64,000 nucleotides of DNA from Octopus sinensis (GCF_006345805.1 NC_043026.1:2108001-2172000), one strand, 5' to 3'; shown: positions 39,753 to 53,404, counted from the stretch's first letter. Notes: generated by a model from the letters alone, not told the origin. Numbers and translations are program-made.

Positions 39753-40238
39753 ATATATACGTACATGCATACATGCAAAAAATCTACATCCATACATACG
39801 TGCATACACACACACATGCATACATACATACATACATACATACATACAAACATACATACATATATACATACATAGAATTCACACCGTATCCAGATTATAA
39901 ATTCACATTTATTCCAAGGATAACTACAGAAAATGTTTCCAAACCTCCAGCTTGTCCATCCAAATTTAAACTGGGATTTATACCAATAATAATTGTTGCA
40001 CTTAGTTTTGTGAATAACTTTGTTAGTAACAATCTGGTTAAGCTTATATTTACAGAAATAGACATTTAACCAGTAAATTTGCACATTACAAAAGACAATG
40101 TAAGTGGAACAGTAAAAATATGCGAAATTTTTCTCAAGTTCATAATGTGATATTATTTTCGTTATCTTTTGTAGAAACCTGCGTTTCTTAGGAGAATATT
40201 TCAAATAATTAAAAACATCCATCCATTCATTCATACCT

Positions 40239-40291
<53 letters not shown>

Positions 40292-41275
40292 CATACATAC
40301 ATGCATACATACCCACATATATACATACATATATATTCATGCACGTACATGGATACATACGTGCATACATACTTGCATACATACATATATATACACACAT
40401 ATATACATACATACATGCATATGCATATTCGTACATATATACATACTTGCATACATACATACATACATGCATACATACATACATACATACATACATACAT
40501 ACACACATACATACACACATACATACATACATACATACATACTTGCATACATACATACATACATGCATACATACATACATACATACATACATACATACAT
40601 ACATACATACATACATACATACATACATACATACACATGCATACGTACATACATATACATACATAAGACTGGCTACCACTTCTAGCAGGTCTGGCTTCTA
40701 TCACATATAAACCCAGTAACACCAGACACCTCTCCACCACCACCACCGAAGAGCCAGCCGACTTCAGCCACCGCCGCCGTTAAACATGACGTCTCTGCCA
40801 GACATACCAACAGCACTATCAGCTTCCCTTCCCCACCATCAACAATAGACCCGAACCTGATGAGCAGATGAGGGAGGAGACGTCGATGTGGTAGCGAGAA
40901 AATGTTTGCATCAACAGCCAAATCTTCCTCAAATCACACTCTTGTACGTATGCATGTATATACATACTCCATATATACAAACGCGCGTGCACACACACTC
41001 TGGAACACATTAATAAGTATGAATCAATGAAGGAACTTCTATGCGGTGGTAACTAAGACCTGCTAGAAAGAGTAACCAAATCTCCCTCAAATCACATTTT
41101 ACTATTTTATGTATGTATTACGTACGTATGTACATATGTATGTATGCATATGAATGTATGTGTGTGATTATGTATGTGCAAGTATGTGTATATATATATA
41201 TACATACATGCACATATATGCATATATGAAGGTATATATGTTTGTGGCATGTGTGTGTGTGCGTGTATGTATATA

Positions 41276-41306
<31 letters not shown>

Positions 41307-42460
41307 ATGTATGATCAATGATGGGGTGTTTACATTATGGTCGGTAGACCTGCTAGAAATAACAGTCAAGTCTGCCTATAGTCTTTAGAACAGTCCATGT
41401 TGGATGATGCACGGTCTGGGTATGTTGCACATGAGGAGAAAGACTCGATAAAGACCCAGCTGGAGTAGGTTTGGTTCATAGGTCTGCTTGATTATGGCTG
41501 GGCAAGGGTTAAACAAGAACCAGACGGATTTACCACCACCACCACCACCAGCAACCACCACCACCATCGTCACATCATCGTTGCTACTTCATGAACAACA
41601 CCGACAGCAGGTACCAACGGCATTAAAACACCACCACCACCACCACCACCACCACCACCACCAGACATCTCTGCCACCACCGCTACTACAACCACATCTT
41701 TACCACCGCACCACCACCATCACCACCACCACCACCAGACATCTCTGCCGCCGCCGCCACCACCATGCATCCCTGCCACCACCGCCGTCGCCACCGCTAC
41801 CACCACCATCACCACATCCACCAGACATCTCCATCGCCACCGTCACCACCACCACCACCACCACCGCCACTAACAGACAACTTAGCCTCATTTTCATTCA
41901 GTCAGTAAAATGCCTCGTTTGCAACAGTGACGACTGCATAGAGTTAAGATGGTGGTGGTTGGTGGTGGTGAGGTCGATGCACTGTTGTGGTGTGAATGAT
42001 TGGTGCAACGGTTTGGTGCAGTGATGTGGCTTCCTGTAGTTGTGTAGTCAGTGCAAATCAGTGGCATAGAGTGGAGGAGTTTTGTGTTGTAGTGTTGTTG
42101 AGTGGATCAGTGGTTATGAAGACAGGATCAGGTAGACACTGCAGAAGAAATTTTGATGGCTCAACGAAGTGGCTGCTGCAATGCCTTGTGCTGGGGTGAA
42201 GAGAGCGAGATGAGGCAAAGCAAGACATTTTGGTCATCCACTAAATTTGCCTCAATCCCCAGGACAGACAAATGGATTAATTCGATTATATCGACCCCAG
42301 TGCAAACTGGTACTTAACTTATCGATCCCGAAAGGGATGAAAGGCAAAGTCGACCTCGGTGGAATTTGAACTCAGAACGTACCGGCAGACGAAATACCGC
42401 CAAGCATTTTACCTGGCATACTAACAATTCTGCCAGTTTGCCACCTTATTATTATTATTA

Positions 42461-42524
<64 letters not shown>

Positions 42525-42692
42525 CTTGAACTAAGGTAACACCTTTTTTTTTTTTTGCTCAAATACTCCGGAAGGTGCTCAAAAAATAAGAGGTGTTACC
42601 TTAGTTCACTGGTAGTGAACAGCTGACACTGTAGCACATCTCCAGCGTTAGAAGCTGTGCAAAGGCAATGAAAATGATAAGAGTAATAATTA

Positions 42693-42975
42693 CCCTGATG
42701 CAGTACCAGGCAGTGGCTCTAATGGCCTGATGCAGTACCAGGCAGTAGCTCTAATGCCCTGATGCAGTACCAGGCAGTGGCTCTAAGCCCTGATGCAGTA
42801 CCAGGCAGTGGCTCTAATGCCCTGATGCAGTACCAGGCAGTGGCTCTAATGCCCTGATGCAGTACCAGGCAGTGGCTCTAATGCCCTGATGCAGTACCAG
42901 GCAGTGGCTCTAATGCCCTGATGCAGTACCAGGCAGTGGCTCTAATGCCCTGATGCAGTACCAGGCAGTGGCTCT
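42693..42975 (+). repeat. Minisatellite, 9 x 32 bp
   Basis: Unit ccctgatgcagtaccaggcagtggctctaatg; the last unit continues into the 550-bp retroposon. Confidence 0.95.
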
Positions 42976-43478
42976 CGTGGCTTCTGATTCGAAATGTTAT
43001 CATGTACATTGTTTTGTCTTGGTATAAAAGATGGCCTACAGCAAATATTCTGCAAAATACCACAGATTTGCTTGTCAGTTGTTTGACCTTAACCAGTTGA
43101 GCATGTCCCTTAGTGGCTGACGATATGTGCATCTCTGATCAAGAGCAGAAGTAGTGGGGGAGCATCATAGCCATGTGTTGAGAGGGATTCTTTGGGGTTT
43201 GGATAATTTACCTTTAGAAACATAGGTGTTTTTTTCAACATCCTTAAACAAACCTTACTCAGAGACCTTTTGAGCGGGATCGGCTACTCAACCTGAAAGG
43301 TCATGGGCTGTTTATCTTGATATGAGAAAACCATGTTGCGCACATATGGTTGTGATGCATGTGCTGGGTGTAACCTTATCAGATGGGTAGCCATGATGGG
43401 TATACTGGGCTTCGTATATTTTACCCCAGTGTCACTTTGATGGCATGCACTTCTCTCTCACTCAATAATAATAATAAT
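42948..43478 (+). mobile_element. About 550-bp (TAA)n-tailed retroposon of unknown class
   Basis: Copies at 9451-10038, 42948-43478, 43823-44530 and a 3' tip at 34768-34858; each ends ...ctctctcactcaataataat. Confidence 0.8.
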
Positions 43479-43715
43479 AGTAGGTGCATTAGGTATTAAA
43501 AAAATATTCAGAAAAATACACAACAAAAACACCAGGAGTAACAAGTATATATAACATACAGAAAATAGCACCACTAGGCACCGGACACATCCTACCTAAA
43601 ACATTCTTTTCATTACAGTAAAAATAAGAGCACCACAACAAACCACAGCACAAACCCAAGGCACACAGAGCTGTGCTCGGTAGTGCAGTGGAAGCACATA
43701 ATAAAAACAAGATTA

Positions 43716-43751
<36 letters not shown>
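43477..43751 (+). mobile_element. Second, shorter R4/Dong-like 3' fragment
   Basis: Similar to 24553-24838; flanked by (TAA)n on both sides. Confidence 0.85.
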
Positions 43752-44414
43752 CTTGGTATAAAAGATGGGCTACAGCAAATATTCTGCTCAATACCACAGA
43801 TTTGCTTGTCAGTTGTTTGAATGCCCTGATGCAGTACCAGGCAGTGGCTCTCATGGCTTCTGATCTGGCTGATTGGAAGTGTTATCATGTACTTGTTTTT
43901 TGTCTTGGTATAAAAGATGGGCTACAGCAAATATTCTGCTCAATACCACAAGTTTGCTTTGTCAGTTGTTTGACCTTAACCAGTTGATGTCATGTCCCTT
44001 AGTGGCTGACGATATGTGCATCTCTGATCACGAGCAGAAGTAGTGGGGGAGCATCATAGCCATTTGTTGAGAAGGATTCTTTGGGGTTGAATAATTCACC
44101 TCTGGAAACAGGGGTGTTTCGTTCAACGTCCTTAAACAACCCTTATTCAGGGGACCTTTTGAGCGGGATGGGTTACTCGATCTGAAGAAAATTCTAACGG
44201 GCTCCACCCTGCCAAGGTCATGTGCGGTTTATCTTGATATGAGATCACCATGTCGCGCACATATGGTTGTGATCATGTGCCTGGTGTACCTTTATCGAGA
44301 CGGGTAGTCATGATGGGTATATTGGGCTTCGTATATTTTACCCCAGTGTCACTTTGATGGCATGCACTGCTCTCTCACTCAATAATAATAATAACAACAA
44401 CAACAACAATAACA

Positions 44415-44473
<59 letters not shown>

Positions 44474-44495
44474 AACAACAATAACAATAGTAATA

Positions 44496-44526
<31 letters not shown>

Positions 44527-45893
44527 TTTTGACACAAGGCCAGCAATTTTGTGGGATGGGGCAAATGATTACATCAATCCCTGTGTTCAACTGGTATTAA
44601 TTTTATTTATCCCGAAAGGCGATGTTAACCTTGGTGGAATTTGAACTCAGAATTTGACAGACAAAATGCTGTTAAGCAATTTGTCTGGGGCAGCAATGAT
44701 TCTGTCCGCTTGATGCCGTATCATAGAAGAGTTGGGTTAAGTTGACTCGGTCACCATACTATTGATTACATTACTGTTATCATCACTGGTGCTAAAATCA
44801 ATATTTGAAGCCAAACCAGCAAGGGAGAGCCATACATGATTTTTAAACACAGCAGAAATGGCAGCCAAATCTCCCTCAATTCTTAAGAGCTTACTGCTTT
44901 ATGTATATGTGTGTGTGTGTGTGTGTTTGTGTACATGTGTGTGTGTACATGTGTGTGTGGGTGTGTGAGCATAAGGGCATGTGTGTGTGTATGGAGGGTA
45001 CCTGTGGAAGAGGTAGACCCAGGAAGACATGGCACGAGAAGGTGAAGCATCATCTTCATGTGTTTGGTCTCATGGAGGTGATGACAGGTGACTGAGACTT
45101 CTGGTGATTTGCTGTATTTGAGAAAACATGTCAAACCAAAACGTGGACAGTGCCAGTGACACAAAAAAGGCATCTACGAGATTCTTGGAGTGGCTGGCAT
45201 TAGGAAGGGCTTCCAGCCATTGAAACCAAACCACAGCCAACTGGAGCCTGGCTTACTAGTTCCAGTGAAACCATCTAACCCATGCCAACATGGAAAATGG
45301 ATGCTAAATGTTGATGATCAGTTTGAAAATTAGGGACTCCTTCATAGAGTAACTGCTGCATTTGTCAAGTATATGAATAGTTTGGCCGCTTGTTCCTCTG
45401 GGCACCATCAGAATGCTGTAGACATCTCTGATGAGAATTCAATAATGCTTGAAAATCAATTAAGGTTGTTTATTGTTTTTTCAGTATGTAAAGAAATGGC
45501 TAAAATTTGCTCTGTTTATAATTATACCATATGTTACACACACACACACACACACCACACACACACTATGTATATCATCACCAAAACTATTACTCAGAGC
45601 TTCATGTTGCTGTTCATTGGACAGTTTTGTTTAGAACGTGTGTGTATATATATATATATATATTCAAAATGTGACCTCGTGTGTACCATTGGCGATTTTT
45701 TTTCCTCTGTCTTCCCTTCTCTGGATCTTTCCTTCTCCTATGTTTCCGACGAAGAGCTCCACTCGAAACGTTAAACCCTCCTTCTTTCCTTAGCGTCCAA
45801 TAATACTATACTTGTTCCACGTCCTCGCGTTGTTTTGTTTTTTTGTGCTTTCTTGTTTGGATTAACTTTATATATATATATATATATATATAT

Positions 45894-45928
<35 letters not shown>

Positions 45929-46329
45929 ATAAGATTGTTAATTTAAAAATAAAATAACGATTTTATCAGTGGTCAGCATGAAAAAATAACCTCATAAAGG
46001 TAATAATTATTAAAATTATAAATTAGGATATCTACGAGATACCACCATGCTGAAAATAGCAGCCATGATCTCACTCTAAAACCACCTTAATTGTCCATAT
46101 ATCAATACGGAGAGAAAACAAAGAGACAAGAGGAAACTAGTAAAAAATACTGGATAATTGTAGATCCCGGATTTCTGACTTTGCATTTTGGAATGCTTTG
46201 CCTCGTCAGTGGAATACACACAGAAGAGAAACATAAATACACATATATATATATAAATACAACATACGAATACTTACATATACGAATGTATACCTATACA
46301 CACATCTATGTATATACATATATATATAT

Positions 46330-46367
<38 letters not shown>

Positions 46368-46520
46368 AAGAGAGGATATGAGGAGTTTTTGTCAGGATGA
46401 CTCAAACTAATAGGTTTGTGTTCTGTGTGCTCAAATATGTGCACCACCAAAATGACAGTTAGAGTAGCTAAAGGTGGCATCCACTTGAATCAGTAGGTTT
46501 GCCTTTCCTCACTACTTTAA

Positions 46521-46550
<30 letters not shown>

Positions 46551-46557
<7 letters not shown>

Positions 46558-46850
46558 ACCACGTGACCAACCAGACCATCAGATGTTTTTACACATCGCT
46601 GGTCACAATGCGTTCGCACTGTTTTAGCCTTCGAATGACGCCACCCCACTGCCTAAGCGAGCAGGCCAACAGAAGAAAGAGAGAAAGAGTGGTGAAAGAG
46701 TACAGCAGAGATCACCACCCCCTGCCGGAGCCTCGTGGAGCTTTTAGGTGTTTTTCGCTCAATAAATACTCACAACGCCCGGTCTGGGAATCGAAACCGC
46801 GATCCTATGACGGCGAGTCCGCTGCCCTAACCACTGGACCATTGCGCCTC

Positions 46851-46853
<3 letters not shown>
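46551..46853 (-). mobile_element. tRNA-derived SINE family 3 (Arg-like head)
   Basis: Minus strand GGAGGCGCAATGGTCCAGTGGTTAGGGCAGCGGACTCG...GTTTCGATTCCC, with A and B boxes. Confidence 0.75.
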
Positions 46854-46936
<83 letters not shown>

Positions 46937-46944
46937 TATATGTA

Positions 46945-46986
<42 letters not shown>

Positions 46987-47141
46987 ATTATATATATCTT
47001 ACTCTTTTACTCTTTACTTGTTTCAGTCATTTGACTGCGGCCATGCTGGAGCACCGCCTTTAATCGAACAACTCGACCCCGGGACTATTCTTTTGTAAGC
47101 CCAGTACTTATTCTATCGGTCTCTTTTGCCGAACCGCTAGG

Positions 47142-47176
<35 letters not shown>

Positions 47177-47559
47177 ATACATTGTGTGTAGAAATAGATG
47201 TGTGTGTGTATGTGTATCAGAGTGGTTGGCATTAGGAAAGGCATCCAACTGTAGAAACCATGCCAAATCAGATTTAGTTTTAGAATGACATGATAGGTTA
47301 TGTGTGAGGGGCCAGATCTGGCTAGTTTGAACATTAAACAGGTAGAATATTGGGACTGTATACGGCTGGTTAAATTGCTAAAGGGTTAACTATCTCTTTT
47401 GGAGAAGGGAATTCTGAAATAACCCCCACCTCATCTGATCCAGCTCTAGCATGTTTCTCAACTCCTTCGCTTTGAAGGCGAGAGTACAAACAGCATTGTG
47501 CAGAGATAACATTGACTTTAAATTTCATTTTAGACATTTCTGACAGCCATTGTCTTTAA

Positions 47560-47779
47560 CCCTTTCGTTACCAACCCGGCTGAAACCGGCCCTAGCTCTG
47601 AGTACAAATGTCTTGTTTTCAAAAGTTTTGAATTAAAATCTTCCACCAAACCTTAGTCACAATTTATGTTCTTAACATAAGCTTAATGATAACCAAGTTA
47701 TTTTACTAAATTCTTTGTTATATTTAAAATAATTGAAAGAAACACAGAGCATCTCAACAGAAATACAGTAACAAAAGGG
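47560..47779. mobile_element. piggyBac-type MITE
   Basis: TTAA|CCCTTTCGTTAC...GTAACAAAAGGG|TTAA. Other GGG|TTAA-ended fragments end near 28460, 47389 and 50547. Confidence 0.85.
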
Positions 47780-48504
47780 TTAATACCTATTTCTTTACTA
47801 CCCACAAGGGGCTAAGCACAGAGGGGACAAACAAGGACAGACAAAAGGATTAAGTCGATTACATCAACTCCAGTGCGTAACTGGTACTTATTTAATCGAC
47901 CCCGAAAGGATGAAAGGTAAAGTCGACCTCGGCGGAATTTGAACTCAGAATGTAGCGGCAGACAAAATACCTATAACCATTTCGCCTGGTGTGCTAACGT
48001 TTCTGCCAGCTTTTATTGCCTTTAATATCAAAGATAGGATAATCTGTCAATGACGGTCATATTCATCCATAAGCTGACAGTGACCATGTAGCAAGGCGTG
48101 GTAACAATCTCAGGAGTTTGTAATTCTAGCGATTGAGGAGAAATCATGTCCGGCAAGTTCACCATCGTCAATTCACTGCAGGGAAAGTCCACTGCCATCA
48201 ATTTTACTATGTTTTTCTTCAATAAAATAGTTTTTAACTATTAATAGTGAGATACTCTGGATATATTTTTCTCAGTGAACTTTCCTCACGGTGAATCAAT
48301 GGTGGTGAGCTTACCTGTAATCAGGAGAGACAACAGAGAGAATACAAAAGAAAACACGAGAAGGCATCACTTTCGCATCATATCAAGTGGCTGCTTCACC
48401 TGCAGCAGATGAAGAGCATGCCTTGTGAGCCCAGATGGGAGCCTGGCAGGGATGATTGCAGAAGAAGAACATAGAACAGTCAACGTTGACTTATGATGGT
48501 CAGC

Positions 48505-48830
48505 TGAAGGAGAAGGAGGAGGAGGAGGAGGAGGAGGGGGGGAGAAGAAGAAGGAGAAGGAGGAGGAGGAAGAGAAGAAGGCAAAGAAGAGGAAGGAGGA
48601 GGAGGAAGAGAAGAAGAAGAAGGCAAAGAAGAGGAAGAAGGAGGAGAAGGAAGAGAAGAAGAAGGAGGAGGAGGGGAGAAGAAGAAGGAGGAGGAGGGGA
48701 GGAGAAGGGGGAGGAGAAGAAGAAGGAGGGGGAAGAGAAGGAGAAGAAGAAGGAGGAGGAGAGGAAGAAAGAGGAGGAGGAGGAGAAGAAGAAGAAGAAG
48801 AAAAGAGAAGGAGGATAATGAGGATAATGA
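48505..48830. repeat. (GAA/GGA)n purine tract
   Basis: Simple repeat. Confidence 0.97.
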
Positions 48831-49259
48831 GGAGGAATGTCCCGGTGTATCCAGTAGTGGGATCCTTGTTTGGGAACTAAAGGGTTCTAAAGAATGTGGA
48901 AGCCCCGCCCCAGGCCCTTCTGTTTCCTATTTCATACAAATTCCCTATAATATTTAATTGTAAAAATAGGATTTTTTAAAGAGCAAAAGGGCTCGGAGGG
49001 TCCACCTGATTAAAACAGGAATCAAAGGGGTCCAAAGGTAAAAGAATGGTTGAGAAACTGGTGTCAATGATAACTAGACCTAACAGAAATAACAGCTAAA
49101 ACTCCTCAAATCAAACTTCATGGTCTTTAAAAAATGAGATGTTGGTTAATGTAGTGCTGGGTTTCTGGTACTTGAAATATGGATGAGGTGGTCGTGGCTG
49201 GAATGTCTTTGATCACAGGGTTTAATCTGTCAACAACCGTAACATTATCACACTACTAC

Positions 49260-50070
49260 TGGCACCACCACCACCACCACCACCACCACCACCACCACCA
49301 CCACCACCACTACAACCACCACCACCACCAACACTACAACAGCCACCACCACCACACCACACCACCACCACCACCACCACCATCATCACCACCACCATCA
49401 TCACCACCACCACCACCAACACCACCACCACCACTACAACCACCACCACCACCACCACTACAAACCACAACCACTACAACCACCATCACCACCACCATCA
49501 CCACAATCACCACCACCACCACTACCACCACACCACCAACCACTACCACCATCAACCCACACTACCACCCCACACCACCACCACCACCACAACCACCACC
49601 ACCACCACCGTCACCACACCACTACACACCACACGTCACCACCACACCACCACCACCACCACCACCAACCACCACCATCACCATCACATCATCACCACTC
49701 ACCACCACCACCACCACCGTCACCACCACCACCACACCACCACCACCACCACCGTCACCACCACCACCACCACCACCACTACCACCACCACCACCGTCAC
49801 CACCACACCACCACACCACCACCACCACCGTCACCACCACCACCACCACCACCACTACCACCACCACCACCGTCACCCCACCACCACCACCACCACCACA
49901 CCACACCACCATCATCACCACCACCATCACACAACCACCACCACTACAACCACAACCACTACAACCACTACAACCACCACAACCACCACCACCACCACAC
50001 CAACACTACAACCACCACCAACACCACAACCACCACCCACCGCCACCACGCCACCACCGCCATCGCATCA
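49260..50070. repeat. (CCA)n microsatellite
   Basis: Simple repeat; similar tract at 41530-41880. Confidence 0.97.
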
Positions 50071-50696
50071 TCAAAATGCAACAGCAATAAATGCCTAATC
50101 ATCAGCCAACAAGCTGTACGGTGACGCATCAAAATAGTCAGCTGTGGTTTTTACTTCCAGCAACAAAACGGCCAACACAAATTTGATTTCCTGCCACAAT
50201 TTCGTTTCAGCACATTTTTCAGAAACATGGATATTTTTTAATTAAATTTTCTACAAATCCCTTTTCAGAATGTATGTAGATTAGGATTACATCAGAATGT
50301 ATTGTGGAAAAACATTTTTGAATGTGGAGGGGAGCAGTTTTGGATAATTCACAAGGTGGACTTTCTTTCTTTATAGTTTTCAGAAATAGGAATATCTTTC
50401 AATGAAATTTCCTACAATTTCTTTTTGAATGATATAGATTATGATTATATTGGAATTTACTGTGGAGAAACTTTTTCAGAGGTGGAGTGCAGTAGTTTTG
50501 CATTCAAAACTTTGCATATGTCTAAATATCATGGCAAAAAGGGTTAAGGACCCTCTTTTCGTCAAAAATGACCATGTAATGGACCTAGAAAGTTACCCGT
50601 TTATTCCTTTGGAATAAAACCATGTTGTCTTTGAACGAAGTAAAGAATTTTATTAACTCGAACACCATTTATTTATTTATTCATATATATAAATAA

Positions 50697-50753
<57 letters not shown>

Positions 50754-51010
50754 ATATTAGGGAATAAATCCAAACTTACAGGGAAAAATTAGATTTAGGA
50801 TTAAATCCAATTTATAGTATAAATATATTATATTAAATTAGAGATAAAACCACTATTAGGCAAATCAAACAGTGGAAAACATAAGCCAATACATAAAATT
50901 AATTTAAAAATATAAAAGTTAAAAATTAAAAAATTAAAAATTAAAAAGCATGGCCGTGGCCTTCGGGCTAAAACATTTTTAAGGATTTAAGGATTTATAT
51001 ATATATACAT

Positions 51011-51420
51011 ACTCTTTTACTCTTTTACTTGTTTCAGTCATTTGACTGCGGCCATGCTGGAGCACCGCCTTTAGTCGAGCAAATCGACCCCGGGACTTAT
51101 TCTTTGTAAGCCCAGTACTTATTCTATCGGTCTCTTTTGCCGAACTGCTAAGTGACGGGGACGTAAACACACCAGCATCGGTTGTCAAGCAATGCTGGGG
51201 GGACAAACACAGACACACAAACATATATACACACACACTTATATATATACATATATACGACAGGCTTCTTTCAGTTTCCGTCTACCAAATCCACTCACAA
51301 GGCATTGGTCGGCCCGGGGCTATAGCAGAAGACACTTGCCCAAGATGCCACGCAGTGGGACTGAACCTGGAACCATGTGGTTGGTTACCAAGCTACTTAC
51401 CACACAGCCACTCCTGCGCC
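51011..51420 (-). mobile_element. SINE family 1, full length
   Basis: Same head, core and tail. Confidence 0.9.
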
Positions 51421-51452
<32 letters not shown>

Positions 51453-51460
51453 CATATATA

Positions 51461-51498
<38 letters not shown>

Positions 51499-51808
51499 AC
51501 TTAATATATAAAATCCATTGTTTGTCTGTCTGTCTGTGCGCTGTTCATCCGATTGCACTGAAATTTTAAACATGGATACATGAGAGAGCAGGGTGTTCCA
51601 CAATCTAAAAAGATTTTCAAAATAGTTAGTCTCCAGGTGAGAATTGCTATTTTTGTAATCTTGCCCCAGCATGGCCACGGTCTAATAACTGAAACAAGTA
51701 AATGAGATAAAAGAGCTACATATATAGAGACAGAGAGACAAAGAAAAATTTCCAGTCCCCTCATCAAAGAAACCAAGGATAACATAAATATTGTGTTTGT
51801 ATACAAAC

Positions 51809-51936
51809 CTTGCCAAGAAGTTTTCATTCAAATTCTCAAACAGTTTCACCCTCCAAAGTCTCAACTTCTCCCATCCTTCGGTGGTTCGGACCCACTGGTC
51901 TCCAGGTGACCTCCAATCTCGACCCAGGTAAGGCAT
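51809..51936 (-). CDS. FBXO32: FBXO32/FBXO25-family F-box protein, first coding exon (128 nt)
   Basis: [42 protein letters not shown](R) resembles the family N-terminus MPFLGQDWRSPG..WV.T..GW. Donor AG|gtttgt, phase 2. Probably the single invertebrate FBXO25/32 orthologue. Confidence 0.95.
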
Positions 51937-52013
51937 GATGAACGGAATATCCTCAAAGAATAGATCAGTTGGTTTGCTGTTGCTGCTGTGAGTTCAAGCT
52001 TGGGTTTCTTTCC
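51937..52013 (-). other. 5'-UTR part of the ATG exon, preceded by a splice acceptor
   Basis: ctttctgtctccctgcag| at 52014-52016, 77 nt upstream of the ATG, implies an upstream non-coding exon. Confidence 0.7.
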
Positions 52014-52127
52014 CTGCAGGGAGACAGAAAGCATAGAATAGGTTTAGGGCTCAGAAAGAATCTTCAAGTAAGCAGGGCCCATGTCTCTCTTCTTTATCTA
52101 ACAATGAGGAAACGCAATATATATATA

Positions 52128-52174
<47 letters not shown>

Positions 52175-53050
52175 ATATATACATATATAAATATATACAT
52201 ACATATATATATACATATATACACACATATATACATATATAAATATGTATATATATATTCACATATATATATAAATATGTATATGTGTATATATATGTGT
52301 GTATATATATATATGTGTGTGTGTATGTATATATATATATATATTCACATATATAAATCCACATATATATATGTATACACACATAATAAACTTATACATA
52401 AATGTGTGTGAATGTGTGTGTGTTTATGTCCTCAAAACTTAGCAGTTCAGCAAAAGAAAACCAATAAAATAAGTACCAGGCTTAACAAAATATAAATACT
52501 GGGACTGATTCATTGAACTAAAACCCTTCAAGGTGTTGCCCCAGCATGGTCGCAATCAACCAAATGACTGAAATAAGTAAAAGATAAAAGACGATAATAT
52601 TGGAGGTGAACTTGCCAAGGAAGTGATCTGAGGCTGTGGGTTGAAAGTGAAGCGAGTGAGGCTCTGGACACGTCATCTGATCCATTCAAAAACACAAAAA
52701 CACTCTTGGCATGAACTGTGACCTGGTCACTGACACAGTTCCACTGAGGAATCGTGTCGATGGAATTATGTCAGTGACCAGGTTGTTGTTGGTATGACTA
52801 AAATTCTGACACCAAATGATAAACATTTTAGAGAAATTAACAGCCTTTGTGTGTTTTTGAATGACACATACACGCATATATATATATATATAGTTATTGA
52901 AGTAGATAAATGAATTATCTTATTATGGACAATTCAAATGATAACCGATACCTGGGTAGCAAAAATCACAACAGAAAAAGCATGGTTGAGGTTACGACCA
53001 TGGGGCCTAAACTCCGTGCCTTAGTGCGGAAATTTGAAGTTTTATATATT

Positions 53051-53226
53051 TAGTGTAGGAAGAAATGGAGCTGAACGAAGATTTAACAAAATTCCTTTTT
53101 ATTATTTTCTACATATGTTTCAAAAGCTGCAAAGTCCCAATTAGGGACTTTGCAGCTTTTGAAACATATGTAGAAAATAATAAAAAGGAATTTTGTTAAA
53201 TCTTCGTTCAGCTCCATTTCTTCATA

Positions 53227-53231
<5 letters not shown>
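53051..53231. repeat. Near-perfect palindrome (80-bp perfect arms, 5-nt loop)
   Basis: 53059-53138 is the reverse complement of 53144-53223. Confidence 0.95.
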
Positions 53232-53274
<43 letters not shown>

Positions 53275-53369
53275 TTAATCCAAACATGAAAGCACAAAAA
53301 AACAACAACGCGAGGACGTGGAACAATTATAGTATTATTGGACGCTCAGGAAAGAAGGAAAGAAGGAGG

Positions 53370-53404
53370 GTTTAACGTTTCGAGCGGAGCTCTTCGTCGG
53401 AAAC
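53370..53404 (-). ncRNA. Hammerhead-like motif, family B (U4C)
   Basis: GTTT-CCGACGA-A-GAGC/GCTC-GAAA-CG-TT-AAAC. Related copies at 45742-45776 (+) and 15526-15560 (-, canonical CTGATGA but GAAA decayed). Confidence 0.55.

Noticed and set aside
42693-42975. CRISPR-like regular repeats, also 27010-27180
   Set aside because: No unique spacers; head-to-tail minisatellites in eukaryotic DNA.
48028-48175. Acceptor tttccctgcag| in frame with exon 1 (ELTMVNLPDM...)
   Set aside because: Ends in a stop after 48 codons with no phase-2 donor and no homology; consistent with chance.
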